From Pseudomonadota bacterium (GTDB taxonomy: Bacteria; UBA10199; 2-02-FULL-44-16; DYJF01), in the NCBI GenBank assembly GCA_043823065.1, contig JBDRBB010000001.1, positions 123,045 through 187,044 on the forward strand: a stretch of 64,000 bases of DNA. The letters run 5' to 3'. The notes under the pieces are model-generated. The model saw nothing but the letters and a program-made list of their open reading frames with translations. It was not told the DNA's origin and did not search any database. The first letter of the stretch is position 1. Every line of letters starts with the position of its first letter. This document shows, piece after piece, positions 8,791-18,578 of this stretch. The translations under genes were made by a program, and so were the position numbers.

Positions 8791-10767
8791 ATGCAAAAAA
8801 AATATGCAGAAATATTAGGGCAGCAAGGTAGGTTAGCCAAAAAGCTTGCTAGTTATGAATATAGACCAGGCCAAATGGAAATGGCTGAAGCTATAGCCCA
8901 GATTATAGATGTGAACGGTCAGATTATGGTTGAAGGCGGCACAGGTGTTGGCAAGAGTTTTGCCTATCTTATTCCTCTTTTGGAATGGAGCGTTAAACAA
9001 GGGAATAGGGTGGTGGTTACAACTCATACCAAGGCCTTGCAAGAGCAGTTAGCCAAAAAAGATCTTCCATTTTTACAAAAAGTTTTAGATTTGGATTTTA
9101 AATATGCACTTTGTTTTGGCGCTGAAAACTATCTTTGTTTAAGGCGCGCGCAAAGATCTTGGCAAAGAGGATTGTTTGAATCTTCCTTGGAAGCCACAGA
9201 ATTTGAAAAACTCATGGAATGGGCCGATCAAACCAAGACTGGTTTAAAAACCGAGCTCTATTTTGAGCCCCATCTTTCCACCTGGTTAAAGCTTTGTAGG
9301 GAGCGGGATCTTTGCCGGGGCAGGCATTGCAAAAATTTTGAAGAATGTTTTTATACTAAAGCTCGCAAACAGCAACAAGAAGCTAACCTGCTCATTGCTA
9401 ATCATCATTTGTTTTTTGCCAATTTAGCTTCTGGTAAGCAAGTTTTGCCCAGTTTTGAAGGAGTGGTTTTTGATGAAGCGCATAATTTAGAGGAGGTGGC
9501 AGCCGCCCATTTGGGTTTTGAATTAACCAATAATCAACTTAAATATTTGTTAGATGAATTTGCCAATCAACGCTATAAGACCGGTTTTTTGCACACTATT
9601 AAGGAACTACGAGAAAATCCAGAGCTGGCTGTATTGTTAAATGCTAGTCGTCAAGCAGCAGATGTTTTTTTTAATTCTGTGCAGGAAATTTTGGGAAATA
9701 CAGCCACCCTAAGGCTGCAAAGTTCCGGTCAACTGGCTGACACCTTGGCAGCTACAATTGAACAATTCGTGGAAGCAGTTAATGATCATACTCAAGATAT
9801 TGAAGATGGAGAAGATCAGGAAGAATTGTCTTTGCGTTTGTTGCGCTTGCAAACTTGGGCTGAAACATGCACTGAGTTTTGCCAGCAAAAAAGAGGGGAT
9901 CATGTTTATTGGTTGGAGGCTCAGGCTAGAGCGCGCAATTTAAAATATCTGCTCTGTGCTTCGCCAATTGATGTTGCGCCTTATTTAAAAGAATTACTTT
10001 TTAAGGAAAGCCATCCTTTGGTTTTAACTTCCGCAACCATTACAGTGAACAATTCTTTTGATTATTTAAAACAAAGATTAGGAATTGATCACGCTTACGG
10101 GTTGATTATTTCTTCGCCATTTGATTTTGCCAAACAAACTTTGCTTTATACACCCGATGGTTTGCCCGACCCGGCCTATAATGAAATTGATTATGTAGAA
10201 GCCATTAGTAATCAGATAGAGGGCTTAACTCACGTTACTCAAGGCCGTAGCTTTGTGCTTTTTACCAGTTATAAAATGTTGAATATGGTCTATGAAAATT
10301 TGCGGGATAAGCTCGGTGATTTTAATTTGTTAAAACAGGGTGATATTTCTCGTTGGCAGATGTTGGAGCAGTTCAAGAAGGCCCAGCGGGCCGTGCTTTT
10401 TGGCACAGCCTCTTTTTGGCAAGGGGTTGATGTACCTGGAGAGGCTTTGGAATCAGTAATTATTACGCGTCTGCCATTTGCTGTGCCCAATCATCCTTTG
10501 GTTGAAGCTAGAATTGCTAGTATAACAGAAAAGGGTGGCAATGCTTTTCTTGCTTATCAAATCCCGCAAGCTGTTTTGCTTTTTCGCCAAGGCGTTGGCA
10601 GATTAATTCGCCATCGCCAGGATTTGGGAATTGTGAGTATTTTAGATCCTAGAGTTAAAACCAGAAATTATGGCAAGTATTTTCTGAATTCAATTCCAGT
10701 TTGCCAGACAATAACTGATATTGAAAAATTGGCTCAGTCTTATCAAAATTTAAGAAATCTTAAATAA
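8791..10767 (+). CDS. dinG: DinG/YoaA-family Fe-S DNA helicase
   Basis: GTGVGKSFAYL, NYLC, Cys cluster, FDEAH, LTSAT, SFWQGVDVPG, QGVGRLIR. Confidence 0.9.
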   Translation: MQKKYAEILGQQGRLAKKLASYEYRPGQMEMAEAIAQIIDVNGQIMVEGGTGVGKSFAYLIPLLEWSVKQGNRVVVTTHTKALQEQLAKKDLPFLQKVLDLDFKYALCFGAENYLCLRRAQRSWQRGLFESSLEATEFEKLMEWADQTKTGLKTELYFEPHLSTWLKLCRERDLCRGRHCKNFEECFYTKARKQQQEANLLIANHHLFFANLASGKQVLPSFEGVVFDEAHNLEEVAAAHLGFELTNNQLKYLLDEFANQRYKTGFLHTIKELRENPELAVLLNASRQAADVFFNSVQEILGNTATLRLQSSGQLADTLAATIEQFVEAVNDHTQDIEDGEDQEELSLRLLRLQTWAETCTEFCQQKRGDHVYWLEAQARARNLKYLLCASPIDVAPYLKELLFKESHPLVLTSATITVNNSFDYLKQRLGIDHAYGLIISSPFDFAKQTLLYTPDGLPDPAYNEIDYVEAISNQIEGLTHVTQGRSFVLFTSYKMLNMVYENLRDKLGDFNLLKQGDISRWQMLEQFKKAQRAVLFGTASFWQGVDVPGEALESVIITRLPFAVPNHPLVEARIASITEKGGNAFLAYQIPQAVLLFRQGVGRLIRHRQDLGIVSILDPRVKTRNYGKYFLNSIPVCQTITDIEKLAQSYQNLRNLK

Positions 10768-10771
10768 ATTC

Positions 10772-11212
10772 TCAAAATGGCACGTCATCTGTGCCGCCAG
10801 CATCAAAAGTTGGCACATCATCAGCTGGGCCAGCATCAGTAGTAGAAGTTGTGGTAGTTCTGGCGCCAGTGCTGCCGCCTGAACCGCCGATAAATAAAAC
10901 TCTTTGGGCCACGATTTCAGTTGTGGTTTTCTTAACGCCGTCTTTGTCTTCCCATTGGCGGGTTTGCAAGCGACCTTCCACGCATACTTGGCGACCTTTG
11001 CTTAAATATTGGGCGCAGTTTTCAGCCTGGGCTCCCCAAACTACGATGCGGTGCCATTCAGTGCGCTCCTGGTTTTGACCAGTGGTTTTATCTTTCCAGC
11101 GCTCGCTAGTGGCAATACTAAAAGTAGCTACAGCTTGGCCACTGGGTGTGAACCTTTTTTCTGGATCTTGTCCTAAATTACCGATCAAAGTTACTCTGTT
11201 TAAGCTAGCCAT
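10772..11212 (-). CDS. ssb: Single-stranded DNA-binding protein
   Basis: [27 protein letters not shown] tail; AAGGAG RBS before ATG 11212. Confidence 0.97.
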   Translation of the reverse strand: MASLNRVTLIGNLGQDPEKRFTPSGQAVATFSIATSERWKDKTTGQNQERTEWHRIVVWGAQAENCAQYLSKGRQVCVEGRLQTRQWEDKDGVKKTTTEIVAQRVLFIGGSGGSTGARTTTTSTTDAGPADDVPTFDAGGTDDVPF

Positions 11213-11228
11213 AATAACTCCCTTCGTT

Positions 11229-11930
11229 TTATTTGTTAGCAATTTTTAATTTTTTTTCTAAACCTTCCAGGCTGGTTTGCCAAAAAGTATATGAATAATC
11301 ATGGCGCCAGCTTGGGGTTTGTTCTTTGGCGGTTAATAAAGCTTCCAAAGCTTCCTTATTCTTATCTTTAGCAAGTAAAGTTTCAGCCATAAAGATTTGA
11401 TTTTCTGGATAATCAGGATCTATGCGTACTGCGCGTTTGAGATAGTTTTCAGCTTTATCTAAATCGCGGCTAACACTATCAGGCCTACCTACGGTTTGGG
11501 GAAGTTTGGTATAAACTTGTCCTAAAATACGATAGGCCCCGCCATGGTCGTATTTAGGATCAAACTTGATCACATCTTCGCAATCAGCAATTATCTGTTT
11601 GATGCCTTTTTGATAACCAATTACACGCGCTTCATAATATAAACCGGTATTAATAGCTCGGTAATAATAGCAGCCTGGCTCTTCTGGATAACGCATTAAA
11701 CATTGTTCAGCTACGGAAATACCATGTTCAGACCAGTTTATTTTTTCTTGGCGCGTTTCAGCTGCCTGTGCTTGCTGGGAAGATTGTTTGCTGACATTAA
11801 TAAATTCTTCAGTGCTTGTAAAAGGAGCTGCGCTAGTAATTGATGGTTTATGCGAAGAGCAAGCTTGAAGCAAAAACAAACCATTAAGAGCAATGGTTGC
11901 TAATAATATGCTTAATCGTACATTTGACAT
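11229..11930 (-). CDS. TPR-like lipoprotein of unknown function
   Basis: Lipobox LLQAC; helical repeats ([11 protein letters not shown]...[13 protein letters not shown]). Confidence 0.7.
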   Translation of the reverse strand: MSNVRLSILLATIALNGLFLLQACSSHKPSITSAAPFTSTEEFINVSKQSSQQAQAAETRQEKINWSEHGISVAEQCLMRYPEEPGCYYYRAINTGLYYEARVIGYQKGIKQIIADCEDVIKFDPKYDHGGAYRILGQVYTKLPQTVGRPDSVSRDLDKAENYLKRAVRIDPDYPENQIFMAETLLAKDKNKEALEALLTAKEQTPSWRHDYSYTFWQTSLEGLEKKLKIANK

Positions 11931-12061
11931 AGATTATGCTCCTAGCACGTGTTAGGTTAGATCTTCAAGGTAAATCTTTGATTGTTGTTCAAAAACCGTT
12001 GTTCAAAAACTTGACGTAATGATATGGGTAGTGTACACAAACGGGTCAAAATTGAGGATAA

Positions 12062-12133
12062 GGCGGCGTAGCCAAGTGGTAAGGCGACGGTCTGCAAAAC
12101 CGTTATACACCGGTTCGACCCCGGTCGCCGCCT
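12062..12133 (+). tRNA. tRNA-Cys(GCA)
   Basis: Cloverleaf GGCGGCG/CGCCGCC, anticodon loop CTGCAAA, GGTTCGA T-arm; CCA not encoded. Confidence 0.96.
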
Positions 12134-12149
12134 CAGAAATGTTAAATTA

Positions 12150-12236
12150 GCCCGGGTGGCGGAACAGGCAGACGCAAGGGACTTAAAATCCCTCGAGGTG
12201 TATAACCTCGTACCGGTTCAATTCCGGTCCCGGGCA
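12150..12236 (+). tRNA. tRNA-Leu(TAA)
   Basis: GCCCGGG/CCCGGGC acceptor, anticodon loop CTTAAAA, long variable arm, GGTTCAA T-arm. Confidence 0.96.
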
Positions 12237-12241
12237 CAAAG

Positions 12242-12928
12242 ATGCCCCAATTTAATCAAGAAGATTTCAACAAATTTGTTCTAGAAAACAAAGTAATTGG
12301 TTTATTTGATAAGCCAGTCATTTTGAAGTCTGGCCGAAAATCGCATTGGTACGCTAATTGGCGTACAGTTACTTCAGACACTTTTCTCACAGATCAACTC
12401 TCAGATTTTTTGTTAAATTTTGTCGCTGATTTAGATTTAAAATTTGCTGGTTTTTTTGGCGTGCCTGAAGGTGCCACCAAAGTTGCGCTTATTAGCAATT
12501 TTAAGTGGGCTAGAACTCAACCTGGTTATGCAAAACATAGTCATTGGTTAGCTATGGGCAGGGGAAAGCCCAAAGAACATGGCGCAGCTCAGGATAAATA
12601 TTTTCTGGGTTTGCCCAAAGGCCAGGTGATTGTTGTGGAAGATGTAACCACCACCGGCGGATCTTTAATAAAAACTATTAATCAATTAAAAGAAATTGGG
12701 GTGCAGGTTGTAGCTGCTATTGGAATTTTTAATCGCCTGGAAGTAGATGATCAAAAAATAAGTGTGGCCAAGTTGGTTAAAGAAGCAGGTGCAGATTACT
12801 ATGCCATGAGTGAGGCTGCCAGTTTGTTGCCAAAGTTGTGCACCCGAGCCAAACCAAGTTTGGAAATAATTGATGCTATTGAAAAGGAGTTTATTGATTT
12901 TGGCGTTGAACCCCTCAAATTGAGGTAA
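12242..12928 (+). CDS. pyrE: Orotate phosphoribosyltransferase
   Basis: LKSGRKS, KPKEHG, VVEDVTTTGGS PRPP loop; adjacent to pyrF. Confidence 0.85.
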   Translation: MPQFNQEDFNKFVLENKVIGLFDKPVILKSGRKSHWYANWRTVTSDTFLTDQLSDFLLNFVADLDLKFAGFFGVPEGATKVALISNFKWARTQPGYAKHSHWLAMGRGKPKEHGAAQDKYFLGLPKGQVIVVEDVTTTGGSLIKTINQLKEIGVQVVAAIGIFNRLEVDDQKISVAKLVKEAGADYYAMSEAASLLPKLCTRAKPSLEIIDAIEKEFIDFGVEPLKLR

Positions 12929-12931
12929 ATT

Positions 12932-13630
12932 ATGATAATTGAAAAAGAAAAAACTTTAATTCCAGCTTGTGATGTAACTCCAAAACGTTTTGAAATATTG
13001 GTTAAAGAAACTGCAGCTATTCCAGAAATTGGCGCTTATAAAATTGGTTTTATGCTAGGCCTGACTATTGGCTTGCCCAAGACTTGCGAAATAGCGCGCA
13101 AATACACGGACAAACCTTTAATTTATGATCATCAAAAAGCAGGCACAGACATTCCAGACACAGGTTGGCCGTTTATGGAAATTTGCAAAAAAGCTGGAAT
13201 TAACGCAGTGATCCTATTTCCGCAAGCAGGAATTGAAACTGAAAGAACCTGGATTGCTGCAGCCAAGGAACATAATTTAGGAGTTATTGTGGGTGGTTTG
13301 ATGACTCACAAAGGTTATACCAGAGCTGAGGGCGGATTCTTAGCAGACGAAGCTGTACTGGATATGTATTTGGCAGCAGTGAAATTTGGCGTAAATGATT
13401 TTGTAGTGCCAGGCACCAAGCCAGAAGCTATTCATAAAATTCGCGTGACTTTGGAAAATATTGGTGTTGAACCAACTTTTTATTCTCCTGGATTAGTTAC
13501 TCAAAAAGGCAACATTAGCGAAGCCTTGGCAGCTGCTGGTTCCAGATGGCACGCCATCATTGGTCGAGCAATCTATGAAGCTGATGATATGCAAAAAGCT
13601 GCCTCAGATTTGGCTAGGTTGATTAAGTAA
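12932..13630 (+). CDS. pyrF: Orotidine-5'-phosphate decarboxylase (divergent short type)
   Basis: IPACD, YKIG, DHQKAGTDIPDT, SPG..TQKG, IIGRAIY. Confidence 0.85.
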   Translation: MIIEKEKTLIPACDVTPKRFEILVKETAAIPEIGAYKIGFMLGLTIGLPKTCEIARKYTDKPLIYDHQKAGTDIPDTGWPFMEICKKAGINAVILFPQAGIETERTWIAAAKEHNLGVIVGGLMTHKGYTRAEGGFLADEAVLDMYLAAVKFGVNDFVVPGTKPEAIHKIRVTLENIGVEPTFYSPGLVTQKGNISEALAAAGSRWHAIIGRAIYEADDMQKAASDLARLIK

Positions 13631-13637
13631 AATGTTA

Positions 13638-13770
13638 GTTATTCCCGTGAAGGCGGGAATCTAAATGCTGGATCCCCGCTTTCGCGGGGATGACAAACTT
13701 CGCGGGGATGACAAACTTCGCGGGGATGACAAACTTCGCGGGGATGAGAAACTTTGCGAGGATGACAAAA
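13638..13770. repeat. Family A REP doublet plus five tandem 18-bp units
   Basis: Inverted REP pair 13638-13694; TTCGCGGGGATGACAAAC x5 at 13681-13770, last two degenerate. Confidence 0.92.
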
Positions 13771-13782
13771 CAAAGGCAATAA

Positions 13783-14298
13783 ATGAAAAAAATAGAAATC
13801 CTTTATACAGAAGACCAAATTAAACAGCGGGTTAAAGAATTGGGCGCTCAAATTACCAAAGATTATGCGGGTAAAGATTTAGTGGTGGTTGGAGTGCTTA
13901 AAGGGTCGTTTATTTTTATGTCAGATTTGGTGCGTCATATAAACCTGCCTTTGCGCTGCGATTTTTTGCGTGTTTCCAGTTATGAAAAAAATAAAAGGAC
14001 CAACACTATTCGTATGGATTTTGATATGACTCAACCTGTGAATGGCCAAGATGTTTTGTTGGTGGAAGATATTGTGGATTCAGGAAACACTTTGCGTCAT
14101 CTTTTAAAACACATGCAGGCCAAACAGCCCAAGAGTGTTAAAGTGGCCAGCTTGCTTTATAAAGAACTTGGTTTGGGCAATAAAGAATTTGTAAATTATA
14201 TTGGTTTTGAAACCCCTAATAAGTTTGTGCTTGGCTATGGTTTAGATGACGAAGGTCTTTATCGCTCTTTACCATATATTGGGTTTGCTAAGGAGTAA
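13783..14298 (+). CDS. hpt: Hypoxanthine phosphoribosyltransferase
   Basis: VLKGSFIFMSDL, VSSY, LVEDIVDSGNT, FVLGYGLD, YRSLPYI. Confidence 0.95.
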   Translation: MKKIEILYTEDQIKQRVKELGAQITKDYAGKDLVVVGVLKGSFIFMSDLVRHINLPLRCDFLRVSSYEKNKRTNTIRMDFDMTQPVNGQDVLLVEDIVDSGNTLRHLLKHMQAKQPKSVKVASLLYKELGLGNKEFVNYIGFETPNKFVLGYGLDDEGLYRSLPYIGFAKE

Positions 14299-14304
14299 TC
14301 TAAC

Positions 14305-14976
14305 GTGAAAATCGCAAAAACTGCTTTTAGGTTTTTTTTTCGTTTAAATTTATTAGAACTCACCGGGATAAATGCTAGAACCATACCCGAACTTTTGGAG
14401 CACATTAAAACAATTGATGACGCATGTATTTTTCAGCACACTCATCATTTTATTCAAAGACATCAATATTTGTCACCAGAGCCACCAAACGATTTTTCCT
14501 ATTGGGTTTCAGAAGCTATTGGAGCTAGAATGTTGGGAGAAGAATTAGCCAGCATTGATATTATGGGTTATAGCAATTTGAAAGCCATAAGAAAGGCTAT
14601 AATAAAGACATTGGAAAAAGCGATTAAAAAAAGTGCCAGGTTAAGAGAGAGCACAGCTCCTGAAGGAGAGGAATTTAATTTTTTAAGGTCAATTAGTTTT
14701 GTATTCCCCACTGAATATGAGGCCAAAAACCTTCAGGAATTTTCTGATAGTTTGTCTAAAGTCAGTATCAGTTCAATTTATTACCATTTATTTGAAGCTA
14801 GATTGCGTTTAAAAAAGCAAACCAATGATTTTTCCAATTGGTTTGTAAATGCTTTGCAAGAAAATGAAATTGCGGCAAAGGTTGCTCAATTAGACCCATA
14901 TACGCAAACAGGCGAAGGAATTCGCAAACATATTTTAAAATTAGTAGATGCTAAAATAGCTAGGGATAATGGATGA
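14305..14976 (+). CDS. DUF5752-like protein (two internal repeats), TreT-associated
   Basis: Repeated IxxH...NDFSxW units; overlaps the treT-like gene. Confidence 0.7.
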   Translation: MKIAKTAFRFFFRLNLLELTGINARTIPELLEHIKTIDDACIFQHTHHFIQRHQYLSPEPPNDFSYWVSEAIGARMLGEELASIDIMGYSNLKAIRKAIIKTLEKAIKKSARLRESTAPEGEEFNFLRSISFVFPTEYEAKNLQEFSDSLSKVSISSIYYHLFEARLRLKKQTNDFSNWFVNALQENEIAAKVAQLDPYTQTGEGIRKHILKLVDAKIARDNG

Positions 14977-16195
14977 TATGGCTAATTTGAATGAATATGA
15001 GCCAATAGTTGGTTTTTCGATAATTGAAGAACTAAAACTTTTGGCTGCTTATTTACAGGGTAAAAGTATTCAAAATATTAATTCCACTGCAGTAGGTGGA
15101 GGTGTTGCTGAAATTTTAAATCGCATGATCCCTTTGCTAAAGGAATTAAAGGTAAATGCCAGATGGGATGTAATTAAAGGGGGTGAACAATTTTTTGGTG
15201 TTACCAAAAAAATTCATAATGCTTTGCATGGATCTAGAGAAAAAATAACTGGAGATATGTGGGATGTGTTTCGTCAAACCGGCGAACAAAATTCTGCTGA
15301 TTTAGCTTGTGACGCTGATATTGTTTTTGTGCATGACCCCCAGCCAATTACTTTAATTCAGCAAAAAGAAACACGTGGCAATAAGTGGATTTGGCGCTGT
15401 CATGTAGATGTTTCGCATGCCCAGGAGAAAATTTGGGATATTTTAAAAAAATATATAGTTAGATACGATTCTGCGATTTTTTCCGCGCCGCAATTTTCCA
15501 AGCAGCTTCCTATTCGGCAATTTTTAATTTCACCATCTATTGATCCTTTAAGTGATAAAAACAAAGACCTGCCTGAAGGAGAAGTGGAAAAAGTTTTGCT
15601 TCACTACAATATTAAAAGCGATAAACCTATTGTTTCTCAAATTTCGCGTTTTGATTATTTAAAAGATCCAATAGGTGTGATTGATGTTTATCGTTTGGTA
15701 AAACGCTACATTGATTGCCAATTAATATTGGCTGGCGGCGGAGCTACTGATGATCCTGAAGCAGAAACTGTATTACTTAAAGTGCGGGAAAAAGCAGCAG
15801 ATGATCCAGATATTCATATCTTGGCTATGTCTCAAAACGATATCCATGTAAATGCTTTGCAGCGCGCCTCTACTGTAATTTTGCAAAAATCACTTCGTGA
15901 AGGTTTTGGTCTTACCGTTACTGAAGCTCTTTGGAAGGGTAAACCTGTTGTAGCTTCAGCTGTGGGTGGTATTCCTTTGCAGATCAAACATAAATATCAT
16001 GGTATGTTGTGTCACAGCATTGAAGGAGCAGCTTATGCTGTAAAACAAATGTTGTTAAACCCGGATTATGCCGGAAATTTGGGTAAAAACGGCAAAGAGC
16101 ATGTGCGCCAGAATTTCTTGTTAACCAGGCATCTGAAAGAATATATGCTTTTATTTTTGTCTCTTTTTGATGGCAAAGATGTTATTTATTTTTAA
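14969..16195 (+). CDS. treT: Trehalose glycosyltransferring synthase-like GT4
   Basis: NSTAVGGGVAEIL, TKKIHNALHG, HDPQP, WRCHVD, PSIDPLSDKN, SRFDYLKDP, EGFGLTVTEA. Confidence 0.85.
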   Translation: MDDMANLNEYEPIVGFSIIEELKLLAAYLQGKSIQNINSTAVGGGVAEILNRMIPLLKELKVNARWDVIKGGEQFFGVTKKIHNALHGSREKITGDMWDVFRQTGEQNSADLACDADIVFVHDPQPITLIQQKETRGNKWIWRCHVDVSHAQEKIWDILKKYIVRYDSAIFSAPQFSKQLPIRQFLISPSIDPLSDKNKDLPEGEVEKVLLHYNIKSDKPIVSQISRFDYLKDPIGVIDVYRLVKRYIDCQLILAGGGATDDPEAETVLLKVREKAADDPDIHILAMSQNDIHVNALQRASTVILQKSLREGFGLTVTEALWKGKPVVASAVGGIPLQIKHKYHGMLCHSIEGAAYAVKQMLLNPDYAGNLGKNGKEHVRQNFLLTRHLKEYMLLFLSLFDGKDVIYF

Positions 16196-17181
16196 TTGTC
16201 ATCTGCCAAGTTGATTTCAATTGTATCGTTTTGAACGTGAATTAATTCCTCAAGAGCATAATCATTATCCAGCCAGCCACTTTCAGTTAAATAAGTGTCA
16301 ACCCCAGCTTCGATTAATCTTTCAATGACTTCGTCATGAGGATGGCCATAGTCATTATCATCTCCCACTGAAAGAATGGCAATTTCTGGAGTTACAGTAT
16401 TAATGAATTCCTGATTAGTGCTGGTTTTGCTGCCATGATGAGCCACGCGAAGCAAATCAACATCTCCAGCCAAATAGCCAATTTCAGTTTCCAAATCTAC
16501 AGTTTCATAAGGTGGATCGCCGCCACCGCCGGTAATATCAGCTTCGTGTAAATAATTAAAATCATCTTGTTCTAAGAGTAAAACAATACTGGCGCTATTT
16601 TCGTCAAAATTTTCGTGAGCGGACATTTGTGTTCCATTGCTAAGTTCACCGCCTGCTGCCAGCACAGCCACTGTAGCCTGCCCAAGATTAAAGCGCTCGC
16701 CCGCATAGGTAGGGCGGCGCAAATTGGCTGTGACTTCCAAATATTCATCATAAATAGGTCCTGCATAACTACCTCCATGATCTAAAATGCCATTGAATGG
16801 AATGATATCATCTGAAGTTCCTAAAATTTGATCCGGGCCTTTGATTACTTCAGCAATGCCGCCAATGTGATCTTCATGATAGTGGGTGGCCACAATGTAT
16901 TCTAATTTATCGATATTGTGCTCTTGCATATATGGCAGAACAACGCTCTGGCCCTTGCCAGGCAAGCCTGCGTCAATGAGCATGGTTTCACCTGCAGAGG
17001 TGATAAGCGTGGCATCGCCTTGGCCAACATTAAGAAAAGCAAATTTTAAATTGGTTTCAGTGGATAAATTGGGCTGATTTGATCTGCTTGAACCAGATTG
17101 TTCCGTTCTTCCTTTATATTGTCCCAGGTTGGCGCACGCACTAAGTAGGATTATTAAGCTGATGCCTAAAAAATATCTCAT
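16192..17181 (-). CDS. ComEC/Rec2-type metallo-beta-lactamase-fold lipoprotein
   Basis: Lipobox LLSAC; NVGQGDA, THYHEDHIGG, AHHGS, YGHPH. No Competence TM domain. Confidence 0.85.
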   Translation of the reverse strand: MRYFLGISLIILLSACANLGQYKGRTEQSGSSRSNQPNLSTETNLKFAFLNVGQGDATLITSAGETMLIDAGLPGKGQSVVLPYMQEHNIDKLEYIVATHYHEDHIGGIAEVIKGPDQILGTSDDIIPFNGILDHGGSYAGPIYDEYLEVTANLRRPTYAGERFNLGQATVAVLAAGGELSNGTQMSAHENFDENSASIVLLLEQDDFNYLHEADITGGGGDPPYETVDLETEIGYLAGDVDLLRVAHHGSKTSTNQEFINTVTPEIAILSVGDDNDYGHPHDEVIERLIEAGVDTYLTESGWLDNDYALEELIHVQNDTIEINLADDN

Positions 17182-17349
17182 GCTGAATTGCTTATGCCAA
17201 ATCCATGCCAAAACTTTTTTGCTATTATTACGCTGAAATAGGGCGCGAGAAAATTTACAACTGCAGCATTTTCGTCACCTTTGTCCAAAAATACTACACT
17301 AAAATTGAATCTTTCTGCTTAAAACATTTAAAAAACAACAAACGTATCA

Positions 17350-17365
17350 TGGCACGTCCTTTGCT
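17350..17365 (+). promoter_or_regulatory. sigma54 (-24/-12) promoter
   Basis: TGGCACG-TCCT-TTGCT, a consensus match ~50 nt upstream of ATG 17418. Confidence 0.8.
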
Positions 17366-17417
17366 AAGTGAGAAAAGTCGACCGAGAGCTATCAGTTTCT
17401 AACCTAAGGGAGGAGTT

Positions 17418-18497
17418 ATGAGGAATTTATTAATTCTTGTTGTAATGTTTCACTTAGTAGCATGTGGACCAGCACTTACCAGTTCAAGATTAGATTCCTT
17501 GCTAACTAAACAGCCGCAGGTTTTGCTTACCCAACCAACAAATAACCAGGTAGTGGCGCCTAATACAAAAATAATCGCCTTGTTTTCCCAGGCAATTGAT
17601 CCAGCTTCAGTTAGTCAGCAGAATTTTGCTGTGCTTAAAATGCCAGATCAGGAATTAGATATTAATGATATTGTCGATGACTTGGAAGATAGGGATATTG
17701 CAGGGCTTGATGGTGCATATGATTTTGCAGAAGATCACAAACAGGTAATATTTAAGCCAGCAGATCTTTTGGAATCTGGCGAATATTTAATTGTAATTAC
17801 TCCTGAAATTACTACCTTGGCCGCAATACCCTTAAATCAGCAGCCTGGTGAAGCGCCAACTGCATATTGGGGAAGTTTTCAGGTTAACGCGGAATCTGCA
17901 ATAGCGCAAAATGCCGAAGGGGAGGCAAGTTTAGAAAATGAAGAAGCTGAACAGTCTGAAGCACAAGATGTAGTTAGAATTCGGCCTTCATTTTTAATCT
18001 TGAATGAAATTTTATACGATGCTGCAGGGGATGAAACAGATGGTCACCTTTTTGTGGAGCTTTTGGGTGAACCAGGCACAGACATTAGCAACTTTAGCAT
18101 TGTTTTTATAAATGGAGCAAATGGTGCAGAAACTGAAAATATAAATATTCCCGAGGATAGCATAATTCCAGAGGACGGAATTTTTTTAATTGCTGATACT
18201 AGAACAGGCGCCCCTGACCAAACTAATGTTGCTGAAGCTGATTTATTAGATAATTTTGATCCGCAAAATGGTCCTGATTGTGTGCAGCTATTAGATCACA
18301 ACCATGTTTTGTTAGATAGTGTTGGCTATGGAACTCCATTATCAGAAACAGCAGAAAATGATCTAGCTTGTTTTGAAACCTTGCCAACAGAAGATGCCAG
18401 CGCTGGCCAAAGTATTTCGCGCATATCAGGTGTTGACACAGATAATAATGCAAATGACTTTATAGTTTTTTTGGAACCAACACCTGGTATTGAATAA
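17418..18497 (+). CDS. Acidic lipoprotein with Ig-like (Big_5) and lamin-tail-like domains
   Basis: Lipobox LVAC; FSQAIDPASV and FKPADLL (Big_5-like); LNEILYDAAG, FVEL, PTPG end (LTD-like). Confidence 0.72.
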   Translation: MRNLLILVVMFHLVACGPALTSSRLDSLLTKQPQVLLTQPTNNQVVAPNTKIIALFSQAIDPASVSQQNFAVLKMPDQELDINDIVDDLEDRDIAGLDGAYDFAEDHKQVIFKPADLLESGEYLIVITPEITTLAAIPLNQQPGEAPTAYWGSFQVNAESAIAQNAEGEASLENEEAEQSEAQDVVRIRPSFLILNEILYDAAGDETDGHLFVELLGEPGTDISNFSIVFINGANGAETENINIPEDSIIPEDGIFLIADTRTGAPDQTNVAEADLLDNFDPQNGPDCVQLLDHNHVLLDSVGYGTPLSETAENDLACFETLPTEDASAGQSISRISGVDTDNNANDFIVFLEPTPGIE

Positions 18498-18578
18498 AAA
18501 TTCTGTTAAAAATTCTTGCCATTTTTGAATAGCCTGTTTAGGGTAGGTTTTTATTATTTTAAAAATAAAGGGGGCGTT

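Noticed and set aside
11984..12010. GTTGTTCAAAAAC direct repeat upstream of the tRNAs
   Set aside because: Only two copies and no second att-like copy elsewhere in the window; function unsupported.
13681..13770. Possible CRISPR array
   Set aside because: Units are contiguous with no spacers, derive from a REP arm, and no cas genes are present.
13639..13851. 70-aa ORF with CHPRE repeats
   Set aside because: Antisense translation of the tandem REP; overlaps hpt.
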